Assembly (NCBI GenBank): GCA_965223795.1
Contig: CBDCXL010000002.1
Coordinates: 1,792,001-1,856,000 of the forward strand
Reading direction: 5' to 3'
From: Nitrospinales bacterium
Lineage (GTDB): Bacteria; Nitrospinota; Nitrospinia; Nitrospinales; VA-1
Length of the DNA stretch: 64,000 nt
Of the stretch, positions 9,166 to 19,226 are shown in pieces. Position numbers and translations under genes: made by a program. Numbering within the stretch: position 1 is the first letter of the stretch; each line of letters opens with the position of its first letter. The notes below the pieces were generated by a model that searched no databases, was not told the origin of the DNA, and was given only the letters and a program-made list of their open reading frames with translations.

Positions 9166-10682
9166 TGCGTGATGCGGGAGATCGATTCATGAATTCTGGA
9201 AGAAATGCAAAAACGAAATGGTCTGTCTGGCTGCTGCTCGCGGTCTTCACGACGCCGCTGATCCTGAGCTCGGCCTTTGCCGCCAAGGCTCCTGTGAAAA
9301 GCCGCCAGGCGCAAACGAACCAGACGATCGACGAGTTGATGCAGTTGAGCGGTTTTGAAGCGTTGACCGAAAATTACGGTTCGCATTTTCTGCAGCATGG
9401 GATCACTCCCAAGAGTCTTCCGGCTGAACAGCTCATCATGCTGAGAAACATTCTCGAAAGGGTCAGCGATCCCAGTGATTTCTCCAAATCCGTATCGCAG
9501 TACATGACCAAAAATTTCCGGTCGGGCTATGGCAGGCCGCTGATGAACTGGTACCGCTCCGAACTTGGGCAAAAGATCGTCGACGGCGAGAAGCAGGTCC
9601 ACGATTCGATGTACAAGATCGATAAAGAGCAGTTCGTGGAACGTTTGAAATTTTATCCGCCGCGCGAGGAACGCCTTGAACTGATCGAAAAACTGGAAAA
9701 AACGATGGGTCTGACCGATCAGTCGCTGGATGTTTTTATGACGCTGGTGAAGGTGCTTCTGCCTCTGAACAAGAACCTGCAGGATCGCTCCACCCGTGAG
9801 GTGGTCAACGAGATCCGTCAGGAACTTTACGACCCGTTTCAGGAACAGATTTTCCGCAACATGCTGTTCGCCTACCGGGATGTTTCCGACAAAGAGCTCG
9901 GCAGCTATCTCAGGTTTGTGTCGAACGGCTCCGGACGCTGGTTCGTGCAGTCTTCCCAGAAGGGGACCAAGGTTTTTTACGGCAGGGTGGTGGTCCGGGT
10001 CGAGGATCTGTTGAATCAGATCGTCGAAGAAATGGAAACCGGTAAAGGCGAATCCGACCTGCTCAAGGAAATCGCTCCTCCGGGGCAGCGCTATCTGTTC
10101 GTCACAAAACGCGACCCCTTTGTGCCGCTGGTGGACCCGAAAGTGGGCCTCATTCAGGCCGGTGAAGACGAAGAAGCCCGTCCGGAGAACCGCAGCATCA
10201 CGGAAGAATTGAAGAATCTGCCTCCCATACCTCTGGAGGTTTACAAGAACATCAAGCGCACCAATCCGCGGCTGTATGCGGATCTTGAGAATTACGGCGA
10301 TCTGTTCGGCAGGAAAAATCCAATGTCCGAGATGGAAGACAATGAATTTTTTCAAACCGTCCAGCGCTACAAGAACCTGATCCAGACCGCCAACGAAAGC
10401 CAGGCCAGCATGATGGCCACACCGATTCAGGCGGATTACGACTCGTTGAAACTGGTGGGCGTGATCTGGAAGAACAACGAGATCCTCGCACTGGTCGAGA
10501 CTCAGGATAAAAAGGGACACACGGTGAAGGAAGGGGATCTGTTGGGACCCAACTTCGGCGTGGTGGAGTCGATCAATAAGAATCAGATTTACGTTTTGGA
10601 ACAATCCCGGGATTATCTCGGTAATATTTTATCAAGAAAGAAGGAAATTGAATTTATTCAAGTATCCCAAGAGGAGGGATGA
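9162..10682 (+). CDS. pilP: PilP-domain protein with large N-terminal DUF2059-like extension
   Basis: KRDPFVPL and C-terminal LKLVGVIW...ALVE...VKEGDLLGPNFGVVESI PilP domain; located between pilO and pilQ; start may be 9165 or 9189. Confidence 0.75.
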   Translation: MMRDAGDRFMNSGRNAKTKWSVWLLLAVFTTPLILSSAFAAKAPVKSRQAQTNQTIDELMQLSGFEALTENYGSHFLQHGITPKSLPAEQLIMLRNILERVSDPSDFSKSVSQYMTKNFRSGYGRPLMNWYRSELGQKIVDGEKQVHDSMYKIDKEQFVERLKFYPPREERLELIEKLEKTMGLTDQSLDVFMTLVKVLLPLNKNLQDRSTREVVNEIRQELYDPFQEQIFRNMLFAYRDVSDKELGSYLRFVSNGSGRWFVQSSQKGTKVFYGRVVVRVEDLLNQIVEEMETGKGESDLLKEIAPPGQRYLFVTKRDPFVPLVDPKVGLIQAGEDEEARPENRSITEELKNLPPIPLEVYKNIKRTNPRLYADLENYGDLFGRKNPMSEMEDNEFFQTVQRYKNLIQTANESQASMMATPIQADYDSLKLVGVIWKNNEILALVETQDKKGHTVKEGDLLGPNFGVVESINKNQIYVLEQSRDYLGNILSRKKEIEFIQVSQEEG

Positions 10683-10691
10683 GGAGTCATC

Positions 10692-12686
10692 GTGAATACT
10701 AATAATTTTCGAAATTTCGGGCTCATCGGGGTATTCGCCATCGGCGTGATCTGGCAAAGCGCGTTGCCTGCCGAAGGATTTGCGGGTAAATCAAACCGCG
10801 CGCAGGATGCCGCACAACACAAAAGCAATGCGAAGGGCATGCTTCACACCGCCCAGGCGATGGACTTTTCTTCCCAGGGGACAAACGGGGAAGCCACCGA
10901 TCCGTCCATGCAGGGTTCCTCTATGGGATCTTCGATGACGGGCTCCAGCGTGATGGAGGCCGACTCCGAAATCACCCAGGTCACAACGGAAGAAGGTCTG
11001 GGGGGCGAAGCGGTGATCACGATCGAATCCAGTAAAGCCATTCAGTACACCGCATTCAAATTGATGAACCCGCTGCGGCTGGTGCTGGATTTTCCCAAAA
11101 CGGGAAAAGGAACGCTGACCGACCGCATCGATGTCAACAAAGGTGTGGTGGACAGCATCCGTCCTCTTCATTTCGATGAAGCGGGTGTTTTAAGGCTTGA
11201 AATCGCACTCAACAACACGGCCGGGTACAATATCCAAAAACCGGTGAAAAACCGCATCGTCATCACCTTGAAGCAGGTGGACCAGGGCGGAACGCTGCCG
11301 GTCAACGCCGATCAAGGCACCGAGCAGGCCGAGGACGGTTCGGGCGAATCCAAGGATGCGAGCAAAGCGCTGCTTGCCGAAGATGCGGTCGATCCCTGCC
11401 TGTCTCTGCTGGGTGGAGACAAAGACAAGATCTCGCTGGATTTTCAGGACGCCGATGTGCGCAATCTGTTCCGCATCTTTTCCGAGATCAGTGGATTCAA
11501 CCTGATCCTTTCCCCGGAAGTGTCGGGGACGGTCAACATGCGGCTTCTGGATGTTCCCTGGAACGAAGCGTTCGAAATCATTCTGACCAACAGCGCGCTG
11601 GGCAAGGAATGCCTGGGCGAGAACATCATCCGCGTGGCTTCCCTGAGAACGCTGGCTTCCGAGGAAGACCAGAAAGTGGAAGACAACAAACGCAAGCGGG
11701 CGAAGGAATTGTCGGAAAAGCTCGCCGCCGAACTGGTCACCGAAGTCAAGCGGGTCAACTATGCCGATATCAAGGAAGTGGCCCTGAGCCTGGAAACCCT
11801 CAAATCCGAACGCGGTAAAATCACTGTGGATGTGAGGACCAACACTCTGGTGTTGACAGACATCCGCGAAAACGTGGATGATATGACCAATCTGGTTCAG
11901 GTTCTGGACATCCAGACTCCGCAGGTCATGATCGAAGCGCGCATCGTCGAGGTCAACAAGAGTCTCACGCAGCAGCTCGGCGTGCAGTGGGGCATCACGA
12001 GCGCGATCACCCGTGGAGGCGGCGGCCGGATCGTCAACGCATTGGATTCGCCCAACAACGGCAATGGCAGCCCGTTTCTGGTCGATCTGCTGCCCGGCGG
12101 CACGGCTTTGGCCGAAGGTGCTTTTTCCGGAATCAACCTCGGGCTGGGTGGTCTGATCGAAGGAACGGACCTGAATGTGGTTCTGACGGCGTTGGAGAAA
12201 AAAGGCGACGCGCGCATTCTGTCCAGTCCCAAAGTCACCACGCTGGATAACAAAGAAGCCCGGATCAAAAGCGGCCGGTCGATTCCCTTTCAGACCAGTT
12301 CCGCCAACGAGGGCACCAAGATCGAGTTCGTCGACGCGGATCTCAGTCTGACGGTGACGCCTCATATCACAACGGACGATTATATCTACATGGTGATCGA
12401 CGCCACAAAAAACGCGCCCAATACGGCAAACCTGATCGCGGGATTCCCGGAAATCACCACCAAGGAAGCGCACACCGAAGTGCTGGTGGAAAACGGCGAC
12501 ACCACGGTTCTGGGCGGCATCTATGAAAGCGACATCAAGCGGAACCAGGAGGCCACGCCGTTCCTGTCGAAAATCCCGTTTTTCGGCGCGCTGTTCAGAA
12601 ACATCGATGATGCGGATCAAATCGATGAACTTCTGATTTTCATCACGCCGACCGTGGTATCGAATGACCAGTCTAAAAACTTATGA
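10692..12686 (+). CDS. pilQ: Type IV pilus secretin PilQ
   Basis: AMIN-like PLRLVLDF, ISLDFQDADVRN, PQVMIEARIVE, SSPKVTTLDN, LLIFITP. Confidence 0.96.
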   Translation: MNTNNFRNFGLIGVFAIGVIWQSALPAEGFAGKSNRAQDAAQHKSNAKGMLHTAQAMDFSSQGTNGEATDPSMQGSSMGSSMTGSSVMEADSEITQVTTEEGLGGEAVITIESSKAIQYTAFKLMNPLRLVLDFPKTGKGTLTDRIDVNKGVVDSIRPLHFDEAGVLRLEIALNNTAGYNIQKPVKNRIVITLKQVDQGGTLPVNADQGTEQAEDGSGESKDASKALLAEDAVDPCLSLLGGDKDKISLDFQDADVRNLFRIFSEISGFNLILSPEVSGTVNMRLLDVPWNEAFEIILTNSALGKECLGENIIRVASLRTLASEEDQKVEDNKRKRAKELSEKLAAELVTEVKRVNYADIKEVALSLETLKSERGKITVDVRTNTLVLTDIRENVDDMTNLVQVLDIQTPQVMIEARIVEVNKSLTQQLGVQWGITSAITRGGGGRIVNALDSPNNGNGSPFLVDLLPGGTALAEGAFSGINLGLGGLIEGTDLNVVLTALEKKGDARILSSPKVTTLDNKEARIKSGRSIPFQTSSANEGTKIEFVDADLSLTVTPHITTDDYIYMVIDATKNAPNTANLIAGFPEITTKEAHTEVLVENGDTTVLGGIYESDIKRNQEATPFLSKIPFFGALFRNIDDADQIDELLIFITPTVVSNDQSKNL

Positions 12687-13759
12687 AGCGGTTGACAATC
12701 GATCTGGCCGACAGAAGTTATGACATTCTGATCGGCCGGAACCTTCTGGGGCGGGTGGGCACACTCGTCTCGGAAATCCTCACCCCCAGCCAGGTTGTCG
12801 TTCTCACCCATCCCTCCATCCAGCGTCTCTACGGAAACACACTGAAAGAAAGCTTCGCGGCGCAGGGGCCCACGGTCCGCACTCTGGAAATCCCGGAGGG
12901 CGAGGCGTCCAAATCGCTCGGCCAGGCGGAGCGCATCTTCGACAAGCTGATGGAGTGGCAGTGCGACCGCAGCACCCTGCTTGTGGCGCTGGGAGGCGGC
13001 GTGATCGGCGATCTCACGGGATTCATCGCGGCGACCTACATGCGGGGCGTTCCTTTCGTGCAGATCCCCACCAGCCTGCTGGCGCAGGTGGACAGCAGCG
13101 TCGGCGGCAAAACCGCCGTCAACCACCCGCGCGGGAAAAACATGATCGGCGCGTTCTACCAGCCCAAATGCGTGGTGATCGATCTGGACTCGCTTGAGTC
13201 GCTGCCGGACAAGGAATTCAAGGCCGGCCTGGCCGAGATCATCAAGCACGGTGTGATCGAGGATGCGGATCTGTTTGCGTATCTGGAATCGAATGTGGAG
13301 GCCATCCTCGCGCATGAAACCGAGTGCCTGGAGCACATCATCGCCACTTCCTGCGAAATCAAGGCGCGGGTCGTTGAAAAGGACGAACGGGAAAGCCGCT
13401 ACCGGATGGTCCTCAATTTCGGTCATACCATCGGGCATGCGGTCGAAGCGCTGACCGGTTATTCCGGCCTGATCCACGGTGAAGCGGTGGCGATCGGCAT
13501 GGTGCAGGCGGCCAAACTTTCCCGTGTGACCGGCCACTGCTCCGACGCCGTGGTGGAGCGGATCGCCCGTCTGATCGACCGGTTCGGCCTGCCCACCCAG
13601 CTGCCTCCTTTAGATAAGGAAGCCATCATCCAGGCCTTGTACCTGGATAAAAAAACCACCCACCAGAGTCTCAGGTTCATCCTCGTCAGAGACATCGGCT
13701 CCATTGAAATCGTTGATAAAGTGGAAGAATCGAGCGTGCGGGAGGTTCTGGGCCGTTGA
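12683..13759 (+). CDS. aroB: 3-dehydroquinate synthase
   Basis: ALGGGVIGDL, QVDSSVGGKTAVN, LNFGHTIGHAVE, HGEAVAIG. Confidence 0.97.
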   Translation: MKRLTIDLADRSYDILIGRNLLGRVGTLVSEILTPSQVVVLTHPSIQRLYGNTLKESFAAQGPTVRTLEIPEGEASKSLGQAERIFDKLMEWQCDRSTLLVALGGGVIGDLTGFIAATYMRGVPFVQIPTSLLAQVDSSVGGKTAVNHPRGKNMIGAFYQPKCVVIDLDSLESLPDKEFKAGLAEIIKHGVIEDADLFAYLESNVEAILAHETECLEHIIATSCEIKARVVEKDERESRYRMVLNFGHTIGHAVEALTGYSGLIHGEAVAIGMVQAAKLSRVTGHCSDAVVERIARLIDRFGLPTQLPPLDKEAIIQALYLDKKTTHQSLRFILVRDIGSIEIVDKVEESSVREVLGR

Positions 13760-13938
13760 TCGCGTAGCCGATTCCGGGTAGTCCCCAAAAAAAGTGTCAC
13801 CGCGTTGTATGATTAATTGACCAGTTTTCGGCTTTATTTTCCCCCCTGTCTCGCCCCAGTTCGCAACGTTTCCTTTTTTCTCCATAGATTAACAGTAAAT
13901 ACAAGGGGTTCTTCGATTCCCTGTGCGAAGGTGCGTTT

Positions 13939-13955
13939 TTGGTCTGCTTTTTGCT
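13939..13955 (+). promoter_or_regulatory. Sigma54 -24/-12 promoter for the minor pilin operon (TTGGTCTGCTTTTTGCT)
   Basis: GG-N10-GC with TTGCT; IHF-like ATACAAGGGGTT at 13899-13910. Confidence 0.5.
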
Positions 13956-14073
13956 TTTATTATCTCTGGAAGGAACTTTTTCCTCTCCATTACCCTAACG
14001 TATAGAAATTCAAAGACCCGGAGGCCCTTTCAGGGACCGGGTTCAAAATACCGGAATTTCAAGGTGGACGCAT

Positions 14074-14649
14074 ATGAAAGGCTGGCTGCAGAACAATAAC
14101 GGATACACCCTGGTGGAACTGATCACCCTGCTGGTGATTCTCGCCATTCTGGCGTCGTGGGCGATACCCAATTATTCCAAATGGGCGGAGACCCATGAGA
14201 TCGCCGGGGAAGCCCGCAAACTCTACCTGGACCTGCAGCTTGCGAGGATCACGGCATTGAGAAACAACAACGACGTCATCGTGACCTTCAACACGGGCAC
14301 CAACAGTTACAAGATCCACAACGACACCAACAACAACGGCTCTGAGGATGGCGGCGAGGGATTGAAAAACGTCACGCTTGAGCACAACGTGCAGTTTGGA
14401 TTTTTCGGAACGTCCATCATGGACATGGATGGCAACAACGTCAACAATCCATTGTCTCTCACGAGCGGAGGCAGTGTCATCACGTTTAATTCCAGAGGTG
14501 AGGCGAGCACCGGGGGATCGATGTATCTGATACATGGCAGCGATACCTCAGTAGGCAATCACCGGTTGAAAGGAATCAGCGTCATCGAAGCCACAGGCGG
14601 CGTGGAGAACTGGGAATACGATTCCGCTCTGACTCCGCCGTGGAGCTGA
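14074..14649 (+). CDS. fimU: FimT/FimU (GspH-like) minor pilin
   Basis: Prepilin site G|YTLVEL, LQLARITA and ITFNSRG motifs. Confidence 0.85.
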   Translation: MKGWLQNNNGYTLVELITLLVILAILASWAIPNYSKWAETHEIAGEARKLYLDLQLARITALRNNNDVIVTFNTGTNSYKIHNDTNNNGSEDGGEGLKNVTLEHNVQFGFFGTSIMDMDGNNVNNPLSLTSGGSVITFNSRGEASTGGSMYLIHGSDTSVGNHRLKGISVIEATGGVENWEYDSALTPPWS

Positions 14650-14676
14650 TCGACATCAACAGCGAGGAAACTCATC

Positions 14677-15204
14677 ATGAGAATCATTAAGAAATTCGCA
14701 ACCTGCGTGTTCAACAATCCGCGTGGTTTCACCATGCTCGAAGTGTTGATCTCCATGTCGATCTTTGCTGTCGGGATCCTGGGCCTCATTTCTTCGGTGA
14801 CCTCGGTCATGCACTATCAGCGCCATTCCAAGGACATGACATTGGCAACGATGCACGCCACAGCCAAACTTGAGGAGATCAAGCGGCGGGCGACCAACGA
14901 ACCGACCGGCGGCGCTTACGGCTTCAGCTATCTGGTCAAACAGGATGGCACCGGCTACACCGCGGGATACACCGGAACCAATTTCAAGAAAGAATCTTCT
15001 GACGTCATCGACGGCTACAACCGTGCCTGGTCGCTGGAGATCTATCCTGCATCAGTGCAGGGGACCCAGAGTTTCACCGACCCCGGCGGTATCAAAATGG
15101 TGGAGGCGGTCGTGACCGCGAGCTGGGTGGACGAAAAGGGCGAGACCAAGTCGGTGGAAGTGGCAACGGTGCTTCACCGCAGGCAGTTTGTGGGCGGCAG
15201 TTAA
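14677..15204 (+). CDS. pilV: PilV-like minor pilin
   Basis: G|FTMLEVLISMSIFAVGILGL; C-terminal VVTASW. Confidence 0.8.
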   Translation: MRIIKKFATCVFNNPRGFTMLEVLISMSIFAVGILGLISSVTSVMHYQRHSKDMTLATMHATAKLEEIKRRATNEPTGGAYGFSYLVKQDGTGYTAGYTGTNFKKESSDVIDGYNRAWSLEIYPASVQGTQSFTDPGGIKMVEAVVTASWVDEKGETKSVEVATVLHRRQFVGGS

Positions 15205-15231
15205 TCCAATAAAAATACACGGAGTGTTTCC

Positions 15232-17082
15232 ATGTTCAACGCATCTTGGATCAAACAGGAACGGGGCAATACCGTCATCATATTTTTGTTCATCATGGCG
15301 ACGCTGTCCGCCATTGCCGTCGGCGCTCTGCAGGTGACGCAGCTCAATCTCGAGTCTTCCCATGCCCAGCGTAAAGGGAAAAAAGCCTATTACGCCGCAG
15401 AAGTGGGTCTGGATCTGGCGATCAACGACATCATGACCAGTTTCGAGAACTTAAGCCCTTACACGACCACCGCCGACAACGGCGGCGACGCGGAGGGTTT
15501 CCTCACGGTCAACAATTACCGCGGTCACGATGTGAAATACAAGATCACCAATCCGCAGTCCCGTTATCTTTATGAAACGGTGCAGGGAAATTCCATTCTC
15601 GTGCATTACGCATACACGTACGAAATCACCGCCATTTCAACAGGAATCGGAGACAACACCACCGAAACGCTGAACGAGCAGATCCGTATTCTGGAGACGC
15701 CTCTCGTGCAGTGGTTCGCCTTTTACGGCGGCACCGGCGGCAACGATTCCGATATGGAGATCACCCCCGGACCGGGCATGACCATCTGGGGCCGGGTGCA
15801 CACCAACGGCGATCTGTGGCTGCGTGCAGGCAGCAGCGGACAGCTGCATGTGCAGAATTACGATCCCAACGGCGGAACTCCGCTGGCGGCGCCGCATTCG
15901 CTCACCGCGGCGGGAGTGATCCGCAACTGGCACAAAGGCGGCAATTTCCAGTCCACCACGGATCCGGAAGTGAAAACCACGAACACCAGCCTGATCTGGG
16001 AGGATGAAGAACCGATCGACTCCAACATCACGCTGGATTCGGAGGAAAGCACGTACAACGATTTCGTGTTCGTCAACGAACCGGTCATCCAGGCGCCCAG
16101 CAATTCGCAGTTCGTGCGCAACGGCTTTTACGATGTGAGGGCCGGTGACCCGCAGCGCGGTGATGTGGACGGCATCCGCATCATCGGCCAGGGCGGCCTC
16201 GGCGGCGGCATCACGGTGGAAGTGTCGCGTCCCGCACCGAATACGGACGTCACCAACCTGATTTTGAATGAAGAAACTTCCGCGGGAACCGCCTACACAG
16301 GACCGGGCAGCGGCGCCGCCGGTAGTGGAATCATCGACGAAAACCTCGGTGATCTCAAAGACTGCCGGGAAGACGATGATGTGAATACCACCAATATCGA
16401 CCTGTGGGCGCTGCAGAACTGGTATCAGGCGTACCTTGCCGATCCCGCCAACGGCGGCGGTGCGCTCGGCGGATCCGGTTTTCTGATCTACGCGTCCCGT
16501 TCGCCCAACGCGGCTTTCACAAACAGCGCCGATCCCATGCAGGGCATCCGGCTCATGCAGCTCACCGGCGGCTCGTCCCGTCAACTGGTGGATGAAACGA
16601 CGTTCGCGACGGACAACCCGCTCTATGTGGACGGCGATTTCAACACCGTCAGCACCAAGGGCGCGGCGCTGATCGGCGACGCCATCAATTTTCTCGGCAA
16701 TCTCTGGGACGACGGCAAGGTCTGCGATAATTCCTTGTCCGATGCAGATGCGGGCAGCAGCGGACAAACCCAGATCACGGTTCGCGCCGCCCTGTTCGGC
16801 GGCTACAGCCCGACGACGTCCCAGGGCGGCACCTACGGCGGCGGATTGCACAATTACATGCGCTACCACGAGCGCTGGACCAGCGTCACCTCCGATTTCA
16901 AAGGCTCGCTGATCGGACTTTGGGTGAGCCAGCAGGCGACCGGAAACTGGTGTCAGGGTTCCGACTGTTATCAACCCCCCATCCGCAACTGGGGCTGGGA
17001 CACGCGGTTTGCCGATCCGGATTTTTGGCCCCCCTTCATTCCGTCTATTTTCGGTGTGGAACGGGTGGGTTTTCTTGAATGA
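15232..17082 (+). CDS. Large PilX-like minor pilin (616 aa)
   Basis: QERG|NTVII cleavage site without Glu5, KAYYAAEVG PilX_N motif, GRVHTNGDL; large beta-rich C-terminus. Confidence 0.8.
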   Translation: MFNASWIKQERGNTVIIFLFIMATLSAIAVGALQVTQLNLESSHAQRKGKKAYYAAEVGLDLAINDIMTSFENLSPYTTTADNGGDAEGFLTVNNYRGHDVKYKITNPQSRYLYETVQGNSILVHYAYTYEITAISTGIGDNTTETLNEQIRILETPLVQWFAFYGGTGGNDSDMEITPGPGMTIWGRVHTNGDLWLRAGSSGQLHVQNYDPNGGTPLAAPHSLTAAGVIRNWHKGGNFQSTTDPEVKTTNTSLIWEDEEPIDSNITLDSEESTYNDFVFVNEPVIQAPSNSQFVRNGFYDVRAGDPQRGDVDGIRIIGQGGLGGGITVEVSRPAPNTDVTNLILNEETSAGTAYTGPGSGAAGSGIIDENLGDLKDCREDDDVNTTNIDLWALQNWYQAYLADPANGGGALGGSGFLIYASRSPNAAFTNSADPMQGIRLMQLTGGSSRQLVDETTFATDNPLYVDGDFNTVSTKGAALIGDAINFLGNLWDDGKVCDNSLSDADAGSSGQTQITVRAALFGGYSPTTSQGGTYGGGLHNYMRYHERWTSVTSDFKGSLIGLWVSQQATGNWCQGSDCYQPPIRNWGWDTRFADPDFWPPFIPSIFGVERVGFLE

Positions 17083-17105
17083 TGTCCTTCGAGGCGAGGA
17101 GAGCC

Positions 17106-18947
17106 ATGAGCGACTTTAGGAATAAACTCAAGCACCATAAAAACGAGAAGGGATTCACTCTCATCGAGCTGTTGATCGCGAGCGTCCTTTCCGTTCTCAT
17201 GATCGGTCTCATCGCGGGCGTGTTCACCTCGCAGAAGGAGACGTTCGTCCTCCAGGACCAGCTGAACTCCATGCAGACGAGCGGCCGCGCGGCGACGGAA
17301 TTTCTGTCGCGGGCGGTGGCGAACGCGGGCTACAATGTGTTCCGCGGCACCCGTTTTCTCGCCGCGTCCGATCATTACCTGACCGCGGTATACGACAAGA
17401 ACAACGACGGGGTCATCCAGAACGACGAAGTGGTGACCTACGGTCTGAGCAACGCCACGGGTTCTCCCAACGAAACCTTCAACATCGATCCGTATTTCGA
17501 TCAGGACCAGGACGGCGATGTGGAAGGCACGGAGACGGCCACGTATCCGATCAACATGACGCTGACGGCGCCGCCGTACAACATATACAAAGTGCTTCCC
17601 GATAATTCGGGGACCGGCACGACCCGGCATCTGATGGCCCGCAACATCGACAACTTGATCATCCGCTATTACGACAAAAACGGCGATATCCTGCCGGCAT
17701 CGGCGGATGCGGACGACGATGGGATTTACGACAGCGGCGCGTACACCCTCGCCATTTCGGACATGAACGAGATCCGTAAGGTGGAGGTGGAGGTTCTCGC
17801 CCGCACCAAGGACGAAGATCCGCGGGACAACATTCTGCACAGCGGCACTTATCCGGCCGGCAGCGCCGCCACACTGGGCGGCAGCAGCACGTACAACGAC
17901 GGCTACTACCGCGAATTGTTCACCGCGTACATGGCGCCGCGGAACCTGGTCATGGCCCCGTGGGGAAAAATGGACGTGGTGGCTGCGCCCGAGGACATCA
18001 ACTGCCCGAACACGACATCGACGGTCACGGCCACCCTGGTGGATTCCCAGGGCGTTCCGGTGAGCTCGGGGATCAACATCGACTTCGCCCTGAGCGGCTC
18101 GCAAACCGCCACCCTGTCTCCGACTTCGGTGGGGACCGACATCTTCGGTCAGGCGAGCACGACGGTCACTTACGACTGGTCGTCGCCCAACGCCAGCATC
18201 ACCGTGTCTGCCAGTTCGCTGATCACCTCCGGCGGCGACCAGAACCCGGTGTTCAACGCGGGGACCGTGAACTTTCAATCCGGAACCGGAACGTTCACCG
18301 ATGATTTCAACGGCGGTCTGGACCCGAACTGGGTGGAACTCGACAGTGCGGCGGACATGTTCCCGGTGGACGTCGATCCGGCGGACGGCACCGACGACGG
18401 CTATCAGATGTCGGCGACGGGCCTGACCCGTGCGGTCAACGGCTGTCAGTGGCAGAAATACGGCGTTCAGTTCGACCTGACGCCGAGCGTCGCGGACATC
18501 GACGCCCCGGCTGTGAATGTGGAAGCCATCGTCGGCGGCTATCTGCGCTATGTGGACGCCAACAACAATTACAGTGTTCTGGTTGAAAAGCAGACCTCCG
18601 CCAATTGTCTTCCCGGTGACGGCAAGGGCTGGTGCCTGAAGCTCGTCAAATGGAACGGCGTTTCCGTTACAGAACTGGCGAAGATCGGGGCGGATTTCGC
18701 CCTCGGCACCAAGTACACGATCCTGGCCGAGGTGGAAGACGACAACCTGAGAGCCAAGATCTGGCCCGCCGCCCTGGGGCCGGACCCCAATCCGGGAGTC
18801 TGGGCGTATGACGTTGGATTCCCGACGACGTACCCGATCGCCACCACCGATTCCGATTACGCCGGCGGCCAGGTCGGTTTCATCGGCGACTGGACGAACG
18901 GCGCCAACGTGGTGTTCGACGGCATCGCCGTCACGCCGATCACGTAA
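17106..18947 (+). CDS. Large PilW-like minor pilin with Ig-like and ConA/lectin-like C-terminal domains
   Basis: EKG|FTLIELLIA, AVANAGY, LMARNIDNLIIRYYD, IRKVEVEVLART; start 17106 after GAGGAG (alternative 17079). Confidence 0.8.
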   Translation: MSDFRNKLKHHKNEKGFTLIELLIASVLSVLMIGLIAGVFTSQKETFVLQDQLNSMQTSGRAATEFLSRAVANAGYNVFRGTRFLAASDHYLTAVYDKNNDGVIQNDEVVTYGLSNATGSPNETFNIDPYFDQDQDGDVEGTETATYPINMTLTAPPYNIYKVLPDNSGTGTTRHLMARNIDNLIIRYYDKNGDILPASADADDDGIYDSGAYTLAISDMNEIRKVEVEVLARTKDEDPRDNILHSGTYPAGSAATLGGSSTYNDGYYRELFTAYMAPRNLVMAPWGKMDVVAAPEDINCPNTTSTVTATLVDSQGVPVSSGINIDFALSGSQTATLSPTSVGTDIFGQASTTVTYDWSSPNASITVSASSLITSGGDQNPVFNAGTVNFQSGTGTFTDDFNGGLDPNWVELDSAADMFPVDVDPADGTDDGYQMSATGLTRAVNGCQWQKYGVQFDLTPSVADIDAPAVNVEAIVGGYLRYVDANNNYSVLVEKQTSANCLPGDGKGWCLKLVKWNGVSVTELAKIGADFALGTKYTILAEVEDDNLRAKIWPAALGPDPNPGVWAYDVGFPTTYPIATTDSDYAGGQVGFIGDWTNGANVVFDGIAVTPIT

Positions 18948-18994
18948 TTTTAGCGAGCGGCCTTACGCCGCGTATATAGCGTTTGACTGGATTC

Positions 18995-19056
18995 AAAGCC
19001 CTCTCACTTCTCTCTGACCCCGATGGGTGCCGGGGGAGCGGTGAGGGGGTTTTTTA
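18995..19056 (+). terminator. Intrinsic terminator after the minor pilin operon
   Basis: AAAGCCCTCTCAC...GTGAGGGGGTTTTTT stem with T tail. Confidence 0.65.
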
Positions 19057-19226
19057 TTGCGTGTTTTCCCTCCGGGTTTCTCTCCCCTTGTATTGAGCCA
19101 TCCTTAGTTTTAAGATACTCTCAACGCCGCATTTCCCGTACGCGGCATCCCCTGGACACGATGCCGTCGCCGCACGGCTGTTGTTTTCCCCGCATTCACT
19201 GGCACTCAAATCTTGAGGTACCCGCT

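Noticed and set aside
12683..13759. aroB directly after pilQ
   Set aside because: pilQ-aro linkage is well known; the absence of aroK here is minor
19023..19226. N-terminal extension of the aldehyde dehydrogenase ORF
   Set aside because: Overlaps a terminator and promoter region; ATG 19227 has an SD and matches the family start
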